A stretch of DNA of 62,845 bases, filler included, from Atractiella rhizophila (taxonomy: Eukaryota): the NCBI GenBank assembly GCA_021432655.1. It is 3 parts of 3 records of this genome, joined end to end, with 100 filler letters (N's around TTAATTAATTAA, not from the genome) between each part and the next. Parts side by side here need not be neighbours in the genome. Positions count along the whole stretch, not along the records: positions 1 to 22,703 come from MU271754.1; positions 22,804 to 49,497 come from MU271756.1; 1 more part is not named here. One strand, 5' to 3'. How positions within the stretch are numbered: position 1 is the first letter of the stretch; each line of letters starts with the position of its first letter. Positions 17,301 to 28,182 of this stretch are shown here, in pieces. The notes below the pieces were generated by a model. It saw nothing but the letters and a program-made list of their open reading frames with translations. It was not told the DNA's origin and ran no database searches. The translations under genes and the position numbers were made by a program.

Positions 17301-18385
17301 CGAAGAAAGGGTCTTGATCCTGTCCAGGACCTCCGACTGGTCCTCCCATTCCATTTCCCATTCCGCCACCTACTACTCCTCCACCTCCCACTCCCAACTG
17401 CAATTCCAATCCATTTCCAGCCGTCGCCGTCGTCGGGGATACGTTAACTGGAACAGAGACTGGTACAGTCCCTCCAGGCATTGGGAGCGGCGTAGTAGTA
17501 GGGAGAGGGATCATGGAAACTGGGAGAGGACCAGCGCCGTAGGGATGGGGATATGGTCCGTTTCCCATCGGCTGAGCGATGGGAACTGCGATCGAAGTCG
17601 CAGTAGTGATGGGAATGGTCGTGCCTGCGCTAGTTACCACGACTGGCATTCCACTGGCGGTGGTCGTGACGAGGATCTGTTGACTTCCCGAGGTAGGCGA
17701 GAAGAGAGGCAGCTGATTAGTGGTAGGGGAGAAAGGCATTGTTGCTCTGCTCGTTGACGGCGAGGGATCGCTTTCCGTTCCCGTATTTGTGCTCACGCTC
17801 GACTGTCGTCCAACACCTACATTTCCTTGAGGAGGGATAGCCTGGACGCCTGTATATCCTATGCGCTTGAGAGGATCGTTCGGCGGTCTACCCGGGGCTA
17901 ACGGAGCCTGAAGTGGTAGTCGACGAGGATCCATACTCGCTGGCTGAGGAGGGATAGCGCCGGGCATGATGGATGCTGATGAGGGCGGTATGGAAGCGTT
18001 GATTCGCGGGATATTGGCGAACTGAGCGGTAACAGCTTGAGCCTCGCGTTCCCGACGATCATGTCGCTCGGCGTGGCGTATCAGTAGGTCAGCTTTTAGA
18101 TTGGAAGAAGGACAAGTCGGCGGAGGAGTTGGAGAAGGAGCGGTCCGGGAAGACCAGCGAAGTGCGGGGAAGGAGGGTTGTGCATGCATGGTCAGGATTC
18201 GAGTTCGGAGGAGAGAGGAAGCGGAGACGACTCACCACGAACGAAGACTTTGGCACAACGGTCGCAGCTGTATATCTGGCTTGGAGTATCTGCATCCAGT
18301 TGCTTCATCAGTATTGATGCAACGACTAGTTAAATGAAGGGAGACGAACGATTCAGTCGGTGTCTACTCAAGTGGTCCGGTCTTC
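14396..18385 (-). CDS. C2H2 zinc-finger transcription factor with fungal-specific (Fungal_trans/MHR) domain; 5' exon(s) not found
   Basis: Spliced [40 protein letters not shown] gives one partial and one full C2H2 finger. Later exons give YWTRVHETQFPIIHKATF, WLFQAVLL and WIAEESAKRCAFSAFLID…LTLPSDESVW, with a stop at 14396-14398. The Cys pair of finger 1 is missing at the junction with the 1.29-kb repeat. Confidence 0.8.
16017..16207. repeat. Perfect tandem duplication, period 96 bp, covering an exon and its acceptor in the TF gene
   Basis: 16017-16111 is identical to 16113-16207. Confidence 0.95.
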
Positions 18386-18398
18386 ACGTAAACAAAGT

Positions 18399-20907
18399 CC
18401 TACATATTCTATTATCCTCGCAATCAACCAGTTCACTTGCACGAAGGAGTGGTAATGATTGAGTGCTTCCGCGGCGCTGATCGGGATTCATGGATTCTTT
18501 TCTTCGCTTTCACCTGATTTCCTCGTCACAAGTGCAGTTCACATGCTGGCAGACGTCAGCTTGATCTGAACCGTCCTGTTCTTTAGATGTACATACCCAC
18601 GTCTTTGGATGCGTTTCCATCTGACAGCAGGTGGAGCCTTTCACTTTTCGAACGCTGCATCCGTTCCGAACTTCATCTGTGCTGATACACCTATACCGCA
18701 TACCTGGGCGATGAGAAGGCTCCGCGGCCGGCTATTATGCGCGTTGAACGAAGGAAAGTCGTTGACGCTCAGGAGCTCGTTCCTTCTGTAACATGGTGTA
18801 GGAAGAAGGACTTACGCACACCAGCAGAGCAAAGAAACCGGTTTCGATCACCTTTTCTCCTCTCTCGATTCGTTCGAGACCGTAACTCCTCCCGTTACGT
18901 TGCCAAACTTCTGCCATAATGAAGATTTTGGAAAGGCAGCAAGCCGTCGCATCCCAAGTTGAAGTTCCATTTTCTTCGTGTCCTGCTTGATTCCGTCTGG
19001 CAGCTCCTCTGTGGATGACTGTCCTTCGATTCGACGGTCGAGTAAACATGACGAGACAGGACAGAAGTGAACTAGAAAGGATGATTTTCCATTTCCTAGG
19101 TGTACGTGGAAAAGGGGATAGGGAGAAAGGTGATCGAGTTGGCTATTCCCAAATGTCTAGAACCTACACTTGGACTACCACCCCGCTTGGTCTCAGCCTG
19201 AAGGGGAAATAACGGCATAGATCACACAACTGTCCTCACACCGTGGTCTGATGGCGGAATGTTTTGAAGAGACCGATTTGGATTCTTTTCACATCTCCTT
19301 GTTCTACTTTTCTAAAGGCTCGGAGGCACTACTAGTCATTGATAGGAGAATATGGAATGAGTTGGAATGAGGATGGTGGATGGATATGCAGGCTTGAGAT
19401 GGAAGTTCAGGAGTTCAGGCGCGCCGCGCGCGGAATCAGGAGTGCATTTCTTCAGTTAGTTGTGATGATCTGTGTGAAGATTGCGCTGGTCATTGCGTAT
19501 GATGATGAATGAACTGAACATCATTGAATCGCTGATTGAATCGATAACGATTTTTAGCATTTCTATTTGTGTTTTCCTTTCCTTTCCTCTCGTTATGAGA
19601 CTGGCTTTGAAATTGAGGTATTCTCTTTGTTATTGTTGACTCCTCTCTCGCTCTTTACGTAGACTTCCACCGCACTCGCGCAAACACCTGACCTACATAT
19701 TCTATTATCCTCGCAATCAACCAGTTCACTTGCACGAAGGAGTGGTAATGATTGAGTGCTTCCGCGGCGCTGATCGGGATTCTTTTCTCTGCTTTCACCT
19801 GATTTCCTCGTCACTAGTGCAGTTCACATGCTGGCAGACGTCAGCTTGATTTGGAACGTCCTGTTCTTTAGATGTACATACCCACGTCTTTGGATGCGTT
19901 TCCATCTGACAGCAGGTGAAGCCTTTCACTTTTCGAACGCTGCATCCGGTCCGAACTTCATCTGTTCATCTGTGCTGGTACACCTATACCGCATACCTGG
20001 GCGATGAGAAGGCTGCGTCGAACGAAGGAAAGTGGTTGACCTCGTTCCTTCTGTAACATGGTGTTGGGGGACGTACCCCCACCAGCATAGCAAAGAAACC
20101 GGTTTCGATCACCTTTTCTCCTCTCTCAATTCGTTCGAGACCGTAACTCCTCTCATCACGGTGTTGTCAGATCACAACTTGAAGTTCCATTTTTCTTCAT
20201 GTCCTGCTTGATTCCGTCTCTGCAACTAGCAGCTGCTCATGACTGTCCTTCGATTCGACGACGGTTGAGTAAACATGAAGAGACAAGACAGAAACAAACG
20301 CGAAAGGATGATTTTCCACCTCCTAGGTCTCCATGGAAGAGGGGATGGATAGACGATGATCGAGTTGGTTATTCTCGAATGTCTAGAACCCATACTTGGA
20401 CTACCACCCGCTTGGTCTCAGCCTGAAGGGGAAATAACGGCATAGATCATACGACTGTCCTCACACCATGGTCTGATGCGTATGCGCGGAATGTTTTGAA
20501 GGGACCGATTTGGATTCTTTTTACATCTCCTTGTTCTACTTTTCTAAAGGCTCAGAGGCACTACTAGCCATTGATAGGAGAATATGGAATGAGCTGGAAT
20601 GAGGATGGTGGATGGATATGCAGGCTTAAGATGGAAGTTCAGGAGTTCAGGCGCGCCGCGCGCGGAATCATGAGTCCATTTCTTCAGTTAGTTGTGATGA
20701 TCTGTGTGAAGATTGCGCTGGTCATTGAGTACGATGATGAATGAACTGAACATCACTGAATCGATAACGATTTTTAGCATTTCTATTTGTGTTTTCCTTT
20801 CCTTTCCTCACGTTGTGAGACTGGCTTTGAAATTGAGGTATTCTCTTTGTTATTGTTGACTCCTCTCTCGCTCTTTACGTAGACTTCCACCGCACTCGCG
20901 CAAACAC
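18399..20907. repeat. Head-to-tail tandem repeat, ~1.29-kb unit, at least 2 diverged copies, running into a gap
   Basis: CCTACATATTCTATT… starts at 18399 and 19692. Both copies end …CGCGCAAACAC (19687, 20907), and they differ by substitutions and indels. Confidence 0.95.
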
Positions 20908-21742
20908 NNNNNNNNNNNNNNNNNNNNNNNNNNNNNNNNNNNNNNNNNNNNNNNNNNNNNNNNNNNNNNNNNNNNNNNNNNNNNNNNNNNNNNNNNNNNN
21001 NNNNNNNNNNNNNNNNNNNNNNNNNNNNNNNNNNNNNNNNNNNNNNNNNNNNNNNNNNNNNNNNNNNNNNNNNNNNNNNNNNNNNNNNNNNNNNNNNNNN
21101 NNNNNNNNNNNNNNNNNNNNNNNNNNNNNNNNNNNNNNNNNNNNNNNNNNNNNNNNNNNNNNNNNNNNNNNNNNNNNNNNNNNNNNNNNNNNNNNNNNNN
21201 NNNNNNNNNNNNNNNNNNNNNNNNNNNNNNNNNNNNNNNNNNNNNNNNNNNNNNNNNNNNNNNNNNNNNNNNNNNNNNNNNNNNNNNNNNNNNNNNNNNN
21301 NNNNNNNNNNNNNNNNNNNNNNNNNNNNNNNNNNNNNNNNNNNNNNNNNNNNNNNNNNNNNNNNNNNNNNNNNNNNNNNNNNNNNNNNNNNNNNNNNNNN
21401 NNNNNNNNNNNNNNNNNNNNNNNNNNNNNNNNNNNNNNNNNNNNNNNNNNNNNNNNNNNNNNNNNNNNNNNNNNNNNNNNNNNNNNNNNNNNNNNNNNNN
21501 NNNNNNNNNNNNNNNNNNNNNNNNNNNNNNNNNNNNNNNNNNNNNNNNNNNNNNNNNNNNNNNNNNNNNNNNNNNNNNNNNNNNNNNNNNNNNNNNNNNN
21601 NNNNNNNNNNNNNNNNNNNNNNNNNNNNNNNNNNNNNNNNNNNNNNNNNNNNNNNNNNNNNNNNNNNNNNNNNNNNNNNNNNNNNNNNNNNNNNNNNNNN
21701 NNNNNNNNNNNNNNNNNNNNNNNNNNNNNNNNNNNNNNNNNN
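20908..21742. other. Assembly gap (N run)
   Basis: Continuous Ns. Confidence 1.
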
Positions 21743-22703
21743 ATGGCACATTCAAAACGGTTCCTTCTTGTCCGATCACTTGTGCCTTCGTGCACCCATC
21801 ATTCTTTATTGTTTAGCAGTGGTACGTCAACCTGCTCCGCTCTTTCGATCAAGCGGAACGTTCTACAAGTTGGGAAGTGCCCCAGATTTCCTGTCTTTCG
21901 GCGAGAAGTTGTCGCTTGATCGCTATCGCCATTCCTCCCTAATGCAAATCAGATTGATTGTTTCGTCTCACGGGAGGCATTGTACTTGTTCTCCCTTGCC
22001 CCTTGACAACGTTCTTGTGGCTTGACATCCCTTGGCGCATCTGAGATACAATCGACCAAAGCGTGCGAATGGAGATCTCGCAAGATTGCTTTGGAAAGCC
22101 CATGGCACCCACGATTCAGATACTCAGAAACCACGCTTAGCTCATGCGAGCATTCATGATCGTCCAGTGTCTGTTTGTCGCTTCTGGACCTGTCGTGCCG
22201 ATTCTGAAGCACCTTCAAAGGCGTTGAACCGAGCTGGATTCCATGTTTCTGGAACTGTGACGACAACCAGAGTTTAGAAACGGCAAGATAACCTTACACA
22301 AGACCTGTCAAGATCGTCCAATCGCAATTCGCCATCTTAACACCTCCTATTCGCTCAACTTCTACGGCACAAAAGTTTCCGAGCGTTCGTCCAGGTTCGG
22401 GCTCTCATCCATAAAAAGGGAGATGTCGTCCTCTTTCTTCACAGTGAAATCTGTAACCGATGGAGAGAAATAACGAGCAATACGATTGTTTTGCGAGGAA
22501 TGATTATTGTGAGTTCTTTGTCACTGTTCCTTTGCTTTCGAAAGAATCATGGCTGACGAAAGAGTAATCAGGGTCAGATACCGCTCTTCCCGTTCAATCA
22601 TTTCCACAGTGGGCAGCCACGCCTTGCGTTCCGCTTTTGAATCAACAATTTGCAACTCACGCATCAACTTTTGAGGACGTGGTCAATTTGGCTTCCACCC
22701 CCG

Positions 22704-22803
22704 NNNNNNNNNNNNNNNNNNNNNNNNNNNNNNNNNNNNNNNNNNNNTTAATTAATTAANNNNNNNNNNNNNNNNNNNNNNNNNNNNNNNNNNNNNNNNN
22801 NNN
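22704..22803. other. Assembly gap with artificial TTAATTAATTAA spacer
   Basis: N run, then ttaattaattaa, then N run. The same pattern occurs at ~49498-49597. Confidence 0.95.
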
Positions 22804-23606
22804 GGGAAGGGAAACTCTGCAGGACGAGGAAACAAAGGACAGGGACAGCGAAAAGGGGTGTCACTGCTATTTGAAGGAGGACAAACACCAATGACAATCA
22901 AGTATCCTAAGTTCGGACGGCCTGCAGGTCGCACGTTGTACGTCTTCTTCCTCTCTGTTTTGCTCACGGTTGTAACGGGACTGGTGTGGTGGGGAAGACG
23001 AAAGGAGAAACCTACAGCTCTGAACCTTGGGAGGATCCAAGAATGGATAGATAGCGGACGCTTGAACCCAGAGGAGGAGATCAACATGCGCCATCTTTAT
23101 GTGTCTGGTTGCATTCATAACCTACGAAAAGGCGGCGTGAAGCTGCTAGGCTCTGTACGTCGCTCCGCCCACTCGTTCCAAGCTCAAGTGAATCGATGTG
23201 GTGCGGCGTATGAGTAGGACGCGACGAAATTGAAGGGAAAGATCAACATCGTCGTCTCCCGTGCATCCCAGACAGCCATCAAGCACATAGAATCATTAGG
23301 AGGTAGCGTGAAGTGCGAATATCACACTCCGCTGTCCCTGCGAGCACTGGTGAAGCCGCACACGTTCGAGAGGAAGGGAAGGCCGATACCTGGCCGACCG
23401 ATGCCTGTGCGGAGGAAGGACGTGTTGTTTTATTCCAGGTGGGACAAGCGAGGTTAGTCCTTCTCCCAGCTTCTCTGCTCTTTACCCTGCAGCTGATTGA
23501 TGTGTTGGTTGGGATAGGATACCTCGCGAATGAGTGGGCGGCGATGAAGGCTGCAAAGCCTTCGGTGTCACAAGTGAGTGAGGGAAAGATGGAGGCGAGC
23601 ATATAA
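22804..23606 (+). CDS. Mitochondrial ribosomal protein uL15 (5' end in gap)
   Basis: GKGNSAGRGNKGQGQR…FEGGQTP, LNLGRIQEWID.GRL, GGVKLL and VSRASQTAIKHIESLGG are uL15 motifs. Confidence 0.88.
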
Positions 23607-23887
23607 TGAAATCATAATTTGGTACATGCTGGGATAATAGTGGTTATTCTTCCATTCTACATGTGGCAAAGAGCAAATACAGTCCGTACATTCGTCCTTC
23701 GGAGGAGAGGATTCAGAAAGAAGTACACAGCAGAGAACATCTCAGAAAGCAGATTCCAGTCTTGACCCCACCACGATCTTCCTGAACCTTCAGCCCGCCT
23801 TCAACCTCAACACCTACCATTAAACGTCATTAAACGTTCACTGCAAGCGTCCGACACTGCGAACATTCGAAGAAGCAAGTGAATGGA

Positions 23888-25456
23888 TCACTCGTCCGCA
23901 GGTCCGTACTTATCCTTCCAAATCCAACTATTCCCGACGATAGGCGTGCCCCCACTCTTCTCCGCCTTCCTATACCACGTCGCCGCCTTAAACTTATCCC
24001 TCTTCCCCCCTGGACCCCTACCGGCCAAATAAGCGTCTGCGAGACCGTTCATGGCGTCGGGGTCACCGAGGACGGCTGCCATCTCGAGGTACTCGAGACC
24101 CTTCCGCTCGTTCTTTTCGACGCCGAGACCAAAGAGGAAGGAGTTGGCGACTTCGTAGATTGCGAAGCGGAGGTAGGCTCGTTCTTCGTCGTTGCTGTTG
24201 TTGTTGCTACTACTGTTGGGGTTGGTGCTGGTGCTGTGGAGGGATTGTTGAAGGTCAACGATGGCTTCGGAAGCGGCGGAGCGAAGGTAGTGGAGTCCTT
24301 GGGCCTCGTTGGGTTGAATTCCCCATCCATGCCTGTGAGGAGATGGGGAGAACATCATCAACCTGGACCTCTTGCAGGATGATAGTAGAGGATAGGTAAG
24401 ACGGAGGTACGAACCTAAGTGCCAAACCAGCCAAAATCTCGCCTCCCTTAGATCCCCTCTCCGCTAATTGAATAAACATCTTAGTGCTGAGTATCAACCT
24501 CGGATCGTCCTCTACTGTTCCCAACTCGTCTCTCCTAATATGATGTTTCTTCTTTACGACAGTGCTCGCCTTCGACAGTGTATGAAGTTGGACTGCAAGG
24601 TGTAGAACGTCCTGGAGAGGGAGCGAGGCCAGTTTCTCATTCGTTATTGGTCCTCCATCCTTTTCCGCCCTGTCGGGGAAGAGCGCCAACTCGAGAGCGC
24701 TCAACTGGATCGGAACGTGCGGATCGACCCTAGAGGAGCTCCTCGAGCGGGTGACGTTGAGGGGAGGTGGAGGGCTACTGAAGTCCGCGGCGGAAGAGGA
24801 CGAGTCGGACTTTGCGTGACCCCTAGTGAAGAAGGCTGATAAGCGGCTCCTCCTCTTGGAGCTGACTGATGTAGGACTGCCAAGGTCCGAGGTAGGAGAG
24901 AGTGTGTCGTGGTCAACGGGTTGGAGGATGGTGTCGGCGGTGAGGATAGCTAGCGTGCGACTCTCTGGCGTGGAGCGGTCGGCGTCAAGGTCTTCTGGAC
25001 GGAGGTTTGGAGGGACGAGGGAGACGCGAGAGGCGGAGCGCGAGCGGTTCTTTTCCGGTGTGCCGTTCGAGTTGGGTAGATATTCTGTAATACCATCACT
25101 CAATCTATACTTAGCAAAAGAAAGAAGAACGTGCCAGAAGAATGCAATCCGCCGTCAATGACGCTGATGAGCGACTCGTCCTCCTTCTCACGATGAAAAG
25201 GGTTGAAGCTCCTCCGCTTCCTCTCCTTCCCTCCATTACCACCGCCTCCACTTGTAATAGAGTGCTGGGAGACGCGGGACGAGGTTGAGGACACGGACGT
25301 GACGGAGAGATTCCTCGATAGCTGCGATATAGCGTCGTTGTACGCTGGATGGGTATTCTGGTACTGAGATGGATGGGGAAAGTCGAGCGAGTGCGGAGGG
25401 GCGACAGGAGTCTGTGGTGGGATGATGTTTAGCTCTGGCGCTGGGGGAGACGACAT
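23888..25456 (-). CDS. Sel1-like repeat protein (Dsf2/Nif1-like)
   Basis: LALRHGWG, YEVANSFLFGLGVEKN, AAVLGDPDA, AATWYRKA and a terminal GNSWIWKDKY, after a Ser-rich N-terminus. Confidence 0.8.
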
Positions 25457-25721
25457 GCTTGGAGTTTCTTGACAGAATATTGTTATCAGTATGTAAACTG
25501 TAAAGTCGTGAGAAGTTAATTGGGAGGTAATAAAGAGAAGGAAAAGGATTGATAAAGAGAACCAGTAAAGCGGCTTGGCAAGTGAAATTACGACAAGGTT
25601 CCGAAACACTGCCTTGTTCACTTCATTTTACATTACAGGAGATCACATCCTCTTACAGTGTTACACTCATAATAACAATGCGATGAAGTCTGTGAAAGCA
25701 CAACAAACAATATTACATTTA

Positions 25722-26142
25722 TCACTCTTGCAGTAAAATCACATCAACATCGTCATGAGCACCTTGCAACAACATCTGACCCTCAAACGTAACGACTCCC
25801 TTCCTCTTCGCTGCTCGGAGAGTTCCATTGAGCGCCTCGACTGCCATCATAATGTTGTCCAAACAGCGCGGTCGACATTACACGAGCGAATGAGATCAAG
25901 CTCAGATCAGATGCAGATGACGAATAGAGGGAAGAGGAGACGCACAGATGTTGCTGCATCGATCGTCCTTCACTATCTTCCCAAACTTGACCACTGCGAC
26001 ACCTTTCCCGTCAGCTGGCTTCTCTCCCAGTCGCTTGATCTCTACCTGTTAGGCCGACCGTCATTTATCGTTTCCCTCTGAAGATAGCTAATAGATATGT
26101 GCCCACCTTCAACAACTCGACTTCTTCGTCAATATTGACCAT
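25722..26142 (-). CDS. Costars-domain protein (ABRACL/Costars homologue), 84 aa, 3 exons
   Basis: Exons 26107-26142, 25946-26045 and 25722-25840 joined by GT-AG introns give MVNIDEEVELLKVEIKRLGEKPADGKGVAVVKFGKIVKDDRCSNIFEALNGTLRAAKRKGVVTFEGQMLLQGAHDDVDVILLQE, which matches the Costars pattern. Confidence 0.9.
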
Positions 26143-26323
26143 GATGGTAGATGTCACTTCTTGATGCACCGTCTACAGTGGAGGATAGATACTGTTAATA
26201 AAGGTGAAAGATGTGCAGAGATAGAGTTCAGGAAAGGAAGAGATTAGGTTCAATGCAACCAGGATCACAGAATCCGGCCGCTCTGACACAGTGGCAAATG
26301 ACAAGAACTGATTTGTTGAAAGT

Positions 26324-28059
26324 TCAACTTGACGTCTGCGTCTGCGTTGCAGTAACAGTATTGATCTGGAATGTACCTTCCCAACCACGTCAACAAGGTC
26401 TACCACATCATGACACGGCTCACATTGAGGAAGAGTGGAAAAGTCTGCGGAAACTGTACAAGCCAGTCCGAGGTTGGTGAGCGCACCACGAATGGCGCCT
26501 GTCGGGAAGGAGAGGAACTAACCACCTCTCGATCAGCCAGGTTCGTCCGGATAAGAGCCATGGAATATGAAACGAAATAAAATGATAAATGAAAATGAAT
26601 GCAATCGATGAGAATGACTAACCATCCGCGCTCGACGAACCACTTCCTCCTGAGCCGTCTCCAGCTCCCCGTCCTCCCCCTTCTTTCCCACCCCATATCC
26701 ATATCCCACCCACCCCGCCCTTCCCAGTCCTCCTCCCGCAAACCTGTTGTCCTACACCCACAACAAAATACCGCCAAGCATCAACCACCAAAATTTACAA
26801 AGCAAGGGGGAACAAAAATCGAACCTGTAGTACCCAGACTCCACGATGGTTCGTCCGGAGGTTATCGATCTGTTTCCCGTACAGAGTGATCCATAGATCC
26901 TTGCACACGAACTTGATGATCTCCAGCGGTTCCGGCTTCGGAGGCTCTTTCGACGTCGACGAAGGTCCGTGGGATGAAGACGCGTTGGGCATGTTTGGCG
27001 CCGGTTGAGCTTGGAGCGCAAATGGGGGACGGTCGCGCGTCAACCTTTCCGATCAATCCAAAAAAAATGTCACCTCCAGGTACACAGGGGAGGGGTTGGA
27101 GGAAATAGAAACGAACCGCTCGGCCATTGCCCATCCGACTCTGTGTCCAATAGCGTCCAGTCGATGCCTCAACTCCCTCTCCTCCTCCTGTGTTAACACG
27201 GCGGCACTGGGACGCGCGGAGTCGGTCGATGTTGTGGAGGAGGATGGAAGCGGAGGGGGAACGTAGGAGGGATTGAAGAGTTGTAGGTCGTTGTGCACCA
27301 TCGCTTCGAGAGCGGCGCGGGTGGAGGAGACGTGTAAGGTGGATTGAAGCAGGATGGAGATCATCTGCGTGATTTCGGAGAGCCCATTAGTTACTTGGGT
27401 TGGACAAGAGACCTTCATTCATAGGGTTGGTGATGACTGTAAGACTTTGTTCCTCTATTGAATCTGCCACTTTTACACGCGTTACAGCTTCAACCAAAAA
27501 CATAGCAGCAAGTCGCAGAAATAGATTTGTGTCTGGTTGGTGCACGATTAGACAGTGCATACGGTAGTCCTCTCAAAGAACTAGGTATGAAACAGGAAAA
27601 TAAGATCATGGCTGAATGGTAAACTCAGTTAACAGAACAGTCAATCAGCAAGTTACGACGGTTTAACTTCATTCGCTAACTTGTTGATATCATCTCAAAT
27701 GTGCTCGACATCAACACATGCCTAAGATCCATAGTAGTGACACCCTTTCACCGACATCAAGTTGGAAACAACATGAGGCAGAGCACTCTCCGTGTGAAAG
27801 GGAATGCTTTCGCGAACGAGAGCGCGTTGCAGAACACATATTCACAAAACAACCCATATTTTCTATACCACCTTCGTCCAGAAAGTAAGGGACAAACCTC
27901 AGATCCGAAATAATCCCACACGAGACGATCCATCATGCCATCCTGTCTTTCCACGAGCCCCGTCACGGCGGAAGAGACGAGACTGGTTGAGGATCTGTTG
28001 CCTGCTCCGCCGGAGGCTCCTGAAGCTGAGGGAGGGAAGGAGGGTGTGGAACGCGACAT
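26324..28059 (-). CDS. TRS33: TRAPP complex subunit Trs33 (TRAPPC6)
   Basis: [10 protein letters not shown]…[14 protein letters not shown]…[18 protein letters not shown] and [11 protein letters not shown]…TFQI. First exon 27898-28059, then a 533-nt intron. Confidence 0.88.
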
Positions 28060-28182
28060 TAGCCTTGGTTCTAGCAAATTCTATGGGCCACTTTGGATAT
28101 TGTCATTGTTTGAGTAATGCGCCCGCATTGTTTATTACGTAGCAACACCAGCCAGCAAAGCAAGAGGGCGAAGGGAGAAGTG

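Noticed and set aside
18383..18424. CEDNRICRTLFT*RPDH as the missing first zinc-finger half with TGA readthrough
   Set aside because: The C-x5-C spacing, the extra codon and the origin of the Cys codons in the repeat unit point to chance. An intron acceptor explains the site better.
18399..20907. Hammerhead ribozyme/retrozyme in the tandem unit
   Set aside because: I found no CTGANGA followed by stem II and GAAA on either strand.
20783..21795. Long poly-X ORFs
   Set aside because: Translation through Ns.
22748..22759. TTAATTAATTAA palindrome inside N runs (also 49542-49553)
   Set aside because: An identical spacer centred in two 100-bp gaps is a scaffolding artefact.
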